Part shown: one piece after another, positions 56,060-61,254 of the stretch
How positions within the stretch are numbered: the first letter of the stretch is position 1
Layout: the number at the start of each line of letters is the position of its first letter
Origin: Octopus sinensis
Lineage: Eukaryota
NCBI RefSeq assembly: GCF_006345805.1
Contig: NW_021832406.1
Location: 1 to 61,254, forward strand
DNA: 61,254 nt
Reading direction: 5' to 3'
Notes under the pieces: generated by a model
What the model was told of the DNA's origin: nothing
Database searches by the model: none
Seen by the model: the letters and a program-made list of their open reading frames with translations, nothing else
Position numbers and translations under genes: made by a program

Positions 56060-57370
56060 AATGAACAAGCAAGAGATGATATCAGATATTTTAATGACAA
56101 ATTTGAGAAACAGAAAGTACTATAGTCGCATTGAAGATAAAACAGCCATTCAGCAATCGACATAAGCGTGGTTCGAAACTCAACAGTAACCTTCTTGATT
56201 TCTTTCTGCAATGCTGAAGGCGGTGGAACATTAGAACTGTGAGAATGTTGGACAGGAAGCCTTGTGATAATTCTTCTGTGTTTTTCGTGGGGGAAGGGGG
56301 CTCTGAATTCAAATACCGCAATGGCCCACTTGAGAGGTAAACTCAACCCGCCACCTGGTTTAGCACTAGTACCTGATATCTTATGTAATTTTAGTCCACA
56401 CTACTGCAAGCATTTGGGCCAGGTTTCCTCTCTCCTTTCCCACACATGAGCTCTGCATTTCATCCCGATTAAGAAGTTAAAAAATACACTAACTTAATTA
56501 GCTCTTTGCAAATTACCAGCGTGCCTTAAACTCGACGCCATGTTATTCTAGTCTGATATATCTCTCTGTTCTATCATCATGTGTTCCATTGGAATCTTTT
56601 GTTATTCCAATATCATAGTTCCCTCCATAACTCTGGTCGTGAAATACCACGATTCTATCATTCGAATTATATTCATAATTTTTTATATATATCTTTATTT
56701 GTTGTTCATGGTTTGAGAATTATTTAAAAATTTTAAGAAATCTTGGAAGGCTAAAAAACAGTAACCGATACATATATCAAGAAAATTCTTCACACGACAT
56801 CATGAGCAGTATACAGAGCGCTTACGATCGTTCCAGAGCGTTGGAATTATTACAGTTATCAAGGGAGTCTACTGGCGGAATCACATCCTAAACGTAAGCA
56901 GTATCTCATTGGTTGGTGCTTCTCGCCGGGACTAAAAGAGATTGCACTCCATCTCAATGATTATTCACGATCTACAAAGCACATGCGAAGCCCACAACAG
57001 AGTATTGTGTCTGGAAGGGTGCTGTTGCTGCAGACACAGACACTTTAGCCCGCAACCACTAAAGAGTCGCTCAACTGATTGGCATAGAATCACTCAGACA
57101 CACTCTCAGAATCCAGGTCCAGGAGCACACTGTTTCTTCTCCATGACGACATTACCAGCCCTGACGTTAATCTTCCTTTCATTGCACTTGTTTGTCCAAC
57201 CTCCTTGTCCGTGAACTAAACACTACGCATAGACCTTCCTTCACCGACTGGCAGCCTGCTCATGTTTTTTTTTCTCTGGTAGTATTCACTGCAATCGTTC
57301 GATAGGAACATTCATGTTATGAGTCTCAACTGTATCGGAAGGCCCGTTAACGTCAAAGGCACTGCAACAT
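56060..57370 (-). mobile_element. possible highly decayed L1/Tx1-type LINE 3' region
   Basis: Weak motifs only: RDEM..G..TWPKC (zinc-knuckle-like), KEIKKVTVEF and WRRNSVLL. Confidence 0.35.
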
Positions 57371-57633
57371 GCAACAAGGAAAACATGCAGTATATAGAAA
57401 GCTAGGGATATATAAATTAGATAGATGAATAGCTAGCAAGTTAGATAGATGAATATATATTTATCTAGTATATACCAATACACTATATACATATATATAT
57501 ACAAGGATAGCAAAATCCTATGAAAGTACTGGTTAATTACCTAAACAAAGAATATTGAACATAATACTTAATACTCAATTGCAAGGTAAATATTTAAATC
57601 TTGGTTTATATATATTGTATTTATTATAATAAT

Positions 57634-57992
57634 ACGAGAAAATAGAGCGGTAATTAATAAAATATCATTTATTAATTAAAAAAAATTGACAAACATCCCT
57701 TACAGATGTTTCAGTTCAGACCTCCAGAAAATTAATTAATTAAATAATAAAGTATTTGAAAGTCGAATCTCTTCAGAGGTAGATAAAGATTACAGAATAG
57801 GTGTTGAATTTCCTCATGTTGAGTAAATGGCTGAAGAGATTCGATTTTCAAATAATTCGACTTTTAAATAATTTTTAATTTGATTAATTAATTTTCTGGG
57901 GGGGGGGGGGTTCTGAATTGAAACAGCTGAAAGGGATGCTTGTCAATTTTTTAATTAAATAATAATTAATTAATTACCTCTCTATTTTTCGT
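57634..57992. repeat. inverted repeat whose arms carry hammerhead-like motifs (Penelope pseudo-LTR-like)
   Basis: Arms 57634-57776 and 57831-57992. Each reads CTGAAGA-long helix II-GAAACA(G/T)CTG(T/A)A-AGGGATG outward from the centre. Confidence 0.75.
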
Positions 57993-58004
57993 CTTATTTT
58001 ATAT

Positions 58005-58207
58005 ACAGGCATAAGAGCGGCTGTATAATAAGAAGCTTGCTTCCAAAGCACATAGTCCGGGGTTCAGTCTCACTGCGTGGCACCTTGGGCAAGTGTCTTC
58101 TACAATAGCCTCGGGCTGACCAAACACTCGCGAGTTGATTTGGTTGACGGAAACTGAAAGAAACCCATCGTATATATATACATACATACATATATATGCA
58201 TATATAA

Positions 58208-58240
<33 letters not shown>

Positions 58241-58460
58241 TGTATGTATGTATGTAGTAATTGTGTGTCTTTGTTCCCCCCACCATCGTTTGATAACTGA
58301 TGTTAGTATGTTTACGTTCCCGTAACTTAGCGGTTCGGCTAAAGATACCGATAGCATAAGCACTAGGCTTACAAAGAATAAGTCCTGGGGTTGATTACTT
58401 CGACTAAAATCAGTGTTTCAGCATAGCTGCAGTCAAATGACTGAAACAAGTAAAAAGAAC
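58005..58460 (+). mobile_element. SINE family A, full length
   Basis: Head, body with internal (TATG)n, and tail GACTGAAACAAGTAAAAAG. Confidence 0.85.
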
Positions 58461-58501
<41 letters not shown>

Positions 58502-58504
58502 TAT

Positions 58505-58543
<39 letters not shown>

Positions 58544-60221
58544 GATTAAGAGAGAGATAGACAGAGATGAGAGAGAGAGGTGAGAGAGAGAGAGAAAGCG
58601 AGAAAGAGGCATACATACAAAAAGCCATAAAGATAGATAAGTAGATAGAAAGATAAGTAGTTCGTTAAATGGATGGATACATGGGTACATAGATATATAG
58701 TGATACATCCACAGATAGAAGCCATATAGAAAGATGGTATGTAGATTGAATGATAGATAGGTAGATGAATTTCAGAGATAGACGGTAGACGTATAGTTTG
58801 ATATATGGATAGGAAGACATGGATAGGAAGACAGGGATAGGAAGACAGGCAGATGAAAAGTAGGCAGATAGAGGGTTATATAGATAAAGAGATAGAAACG
58901 TCACTGATATAATGACCTGTATGACAGAAGTACAGAGACAGCAAGATACATTGATAGATTATTGGCACAATCAAGGAGTGAAGGATTTATTCAGTATAAG
59001 GGATAGAGATGTAAGTTTATTGGAAGCTGAATACGCTATTAGCACTTGATCATCTGCCGTTCATGTAGCGGTTAGCGAAGTTTCCCGTAACAAATTTATA
59101 CTTACCAACGAATTACCTACTTACCTACTTGCCTACCTACCCACCTAAAAGGAGGGGTATATATATTTTTTTATGCTGGAAAGCATTTATATACATTGGA
59201 AAGGTTACCTTCTTCAAGACGATAAATGATCCCAAATAATATACAGTTTGACGGAGAGAAGTCACTCCCAGAAATATGCAGACTGTGATGATTGTATGTA
59301 TCCATGCAGGCACATAATTAACATATATGTATAAAATATTCAAATGCACACATAAAAACAGAAAATATATGTTAACACTTATTTAAACTGGTACATATGA
59401 ATACAAAGGGTTTTTTCGCTATTCGAATTTCAGGCATGGAAATCGTATTTACATATTCAAAATGTTACGCTCTAGTTTGTAATAATCAGTCATATTTAGT
59501 CTATCAATTATTATGCGGTTATCGTTCTTACAGGTTTGTCCATTATTATTAATGAAGCTGTTGTAGTATATTCGTCTTGCTTGCAACTCCGAAAAATCAT
59601 TCAATATGAATGAATTTGACAACCTGTACTAGAATAGGATCTCACTTTTCGCATTGTGTAGGCATGCATCTTGCGTAATGATACTACATTTTCCTGCAAC
59701 ACATTACGGACACATCTCAGACACATTTACTTAAGGTGTCACAAAAGCTATTATGTCCATTCTATATTTATGTTAACATTTTTCTCTTTTACGAATCAAA
59801 TAAGAGGTTGTATTTCTTTTATGTATCTTGCGGAATGTGTTCATATGGTATATTTGGGACAGTATTAAATGTTCGTTGCTCCAATGGAATTGGTAGTTTT
59901 TTAAAATTATTTCTTAATTTAAAAATTACATGTTTACATTTTTGGTATAGTACATTTGAATATATTTATAACTAAAGCCTGTATATTACAAGCTACTTTG
60001 CTAATTATTTTCTTGATGGCATGCTTTTGATCTCTTTTGTCTCTGTAGATAAATTTTGCATTGTTTCTGTTAAAGAGCAGACGGAACTTATGGTCAATTG
60101 TAAAATGTAGAGGCATTAGTAATAACAAAAAATCTTCCCCACATTCGGCGGTACGTTCAGACAAAAAAATAGGTATATTATTTACAATTGACGTATATTT
60201 GTCCTCATCTTGTTTGTTGGT

Positions 60222-60267
60222 AACACAACATTTCCGCTGATATACCCTCCAGCCTTCATCAGATGTC
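60222..60267 (-). ncRNA. hammerhead ribozyme motif, two substitutions
   Basis: Minus strand reads GACAT-CTGATGA-A-GGCTG..CAGCG-GAAAT-GTT-GTGTT. Confidence 0.65.
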
Positions 60268-60520
60268 TTGGGGAAATTTCGAACCTGGAATTTCATTCCT
60301 AAGGTATTTTTCGATGTTGTTGTTGTTGTTGTTGTTGCTCTTCTTCTTCTTCTTCTTCTTCTTCTTCTCTTCTTCTTCTTCTTCTTCTTCTTCTTCGTTC
60401 TTTCTTCTTCTTCTCTTCTTCTTATTCTTCTTCTTCTTCTTCTTCTTCTTCTTTTCTTCTTCTTCTTCTTCTTCTTCTTCTTCTTCTTCTTCTTCTTCTT
60501 CTTCTTCTCCTTCTTCTTCA

Positions 60521-60590
60521 GGTCACTGCCTGGAATCGAACTCGGAACCTTGGGGTTAGTAGCCCCCGCTCTTCACCACTTAGCCATATG
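60521..60590 (-). promoter_or_regulatory. tRNA-like head with Pol III A and B boxes
   Basis: Minus strand has TGGCTAAGTGG (A box), a GGGG-CTACTAA-CCCC anticodon-like arm and GAGTTCGATTCC (B box). Confidence 0.75.
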
Positions 60591-60655
60591 CTCGTGGGTA
60601 TATGGCGTAGTGGTTAATAACAACATCGAAAAATACCTTAGGAATGAGAACCCAA

Positions 60656-60701
60656 GACACCTGATGAGGGCTGGAGGGTATATCAGCCGAAACGTTGTGT
60701 T
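60656..60701 (+). ncRNA. minimal type I hammerhead ribozyme motif, intact
   Basis: GACAC-CTGATGA-G-GGCTG-GAGGGTATAT-CAGCC-GAAAC-GTT-GTGTT. Helix I GACAC/GTGTT, helix II GGCTG/CAGCC, palindromic AACGTT in place of helix III. Confidence 0.82.
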
Positions 60702-61089
60702 AACAACAAACAAGATGAGGACAAATATCCGTCAATAGTAAATAATGAAAATAATTCCTCATCTCTTAAATATAGAACAGAAAAATAGGTTTAGCCAAAT
60801 TATCTTGTTTCATGATTCCATTGGGATTTTGTTTAGTTTCTTATGCAGGAACGGTTATGTTTCCTTCCTTACATCCCGATACTTATTTACTGCTTCATTA
60901 CATGGTTTTTAGTTTATCTGCATTTAGACATCCTAAAGGAATATAGAAAGATAGGGATATATTGAATATATCAAAAATGGATTGCAGTTTTTAAACAACG
61001 TATCGTTACATACACGCGCACACACACACACACACACACAAACAAACACACACACACACACACACACCACGCACAAACAACAACGACAG

Positions 61090-61123
<34 letters not shown>

Positions 61124-61254
61124 TATGTCACACATTCCTTCTTAATATGTTCCAAGAGATTCGAACGTGTATATGGCATGCGTTTTTATATTAAGTTAAA
61201 GTTATATATAAAAACAATTAAACATTGAGCTGCAGAATTACTCAGTAACTTTTA

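Larger units (their letters stand above)
60175..60780. mobile_element. head-to-head palindromic HHR-SINE pair with 10-bp TSD
   Basis: Left arm (-) 60177-60592 has a full tRNA-like head. Right arm (+) 60596-60780 has internal deletions and a ~35-nt extra tail. AAAAATAGGT at 60165-60174 and 60781-60790. Confidence 0.88.
59450..60980 (-). mobile_element. old decayed Penelope-like element split by the HHR-SINE insertion
   Basis: After removing the insert, the minus strand reads NKIIWLNLFFCLNVPPNVGKIF, then HF..HKFRLLFNRNNAKFIY, matching the PLE linker motif IIWFNPPFS.NV.TN.G..FL..HF..IFNRN. Confidence 0.75.

Noticed and set aside
60521-60590. Functional tRNA with ACT anticodon
   Set aside because: The acceptor stem does not pair and the sequence is embedded in a repeated element, so it is treated as a SINE head.

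Overview
AT-rich, microsatellite-dense eukaryotic non-coding DNA (intron or intergenic). The repeat repertoire suggests a cephalopod, probably Octopus (inference). No intact host gene, rRNA, true tRNA or CRISPR array is recognisable, and nearly all ORF-track entries are translations of microsatellites. The window is a mosaic of three tRNA-derived SINE families, decayed Penelope-like elements (PLEs), RTE and R4/Dong-type LINE fragments, Tc1/mariner and Chapaev3 transposons, MITEs and many foldback structures. Highlight: a small non-coding element, present as three arms (12479-12688 and a head-to-head pair at 60175-60780), fuses a tRNA-like Pol III head to a Penelope-type minimal hammerhead ribozyme. 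The pair is flanked by a 10-bp target-site duplication inside an older PLE ORF. It is a candidate PLE-mobilised, ribozyme-bearing SINE/retrozyme. A second hammerhead-bearing inverted repeat (57634-57992) and a higher-order tandem SINE array (52503-53895) are also present. Coordinates were read by eye, so boundaries of decayed elements are approximate.
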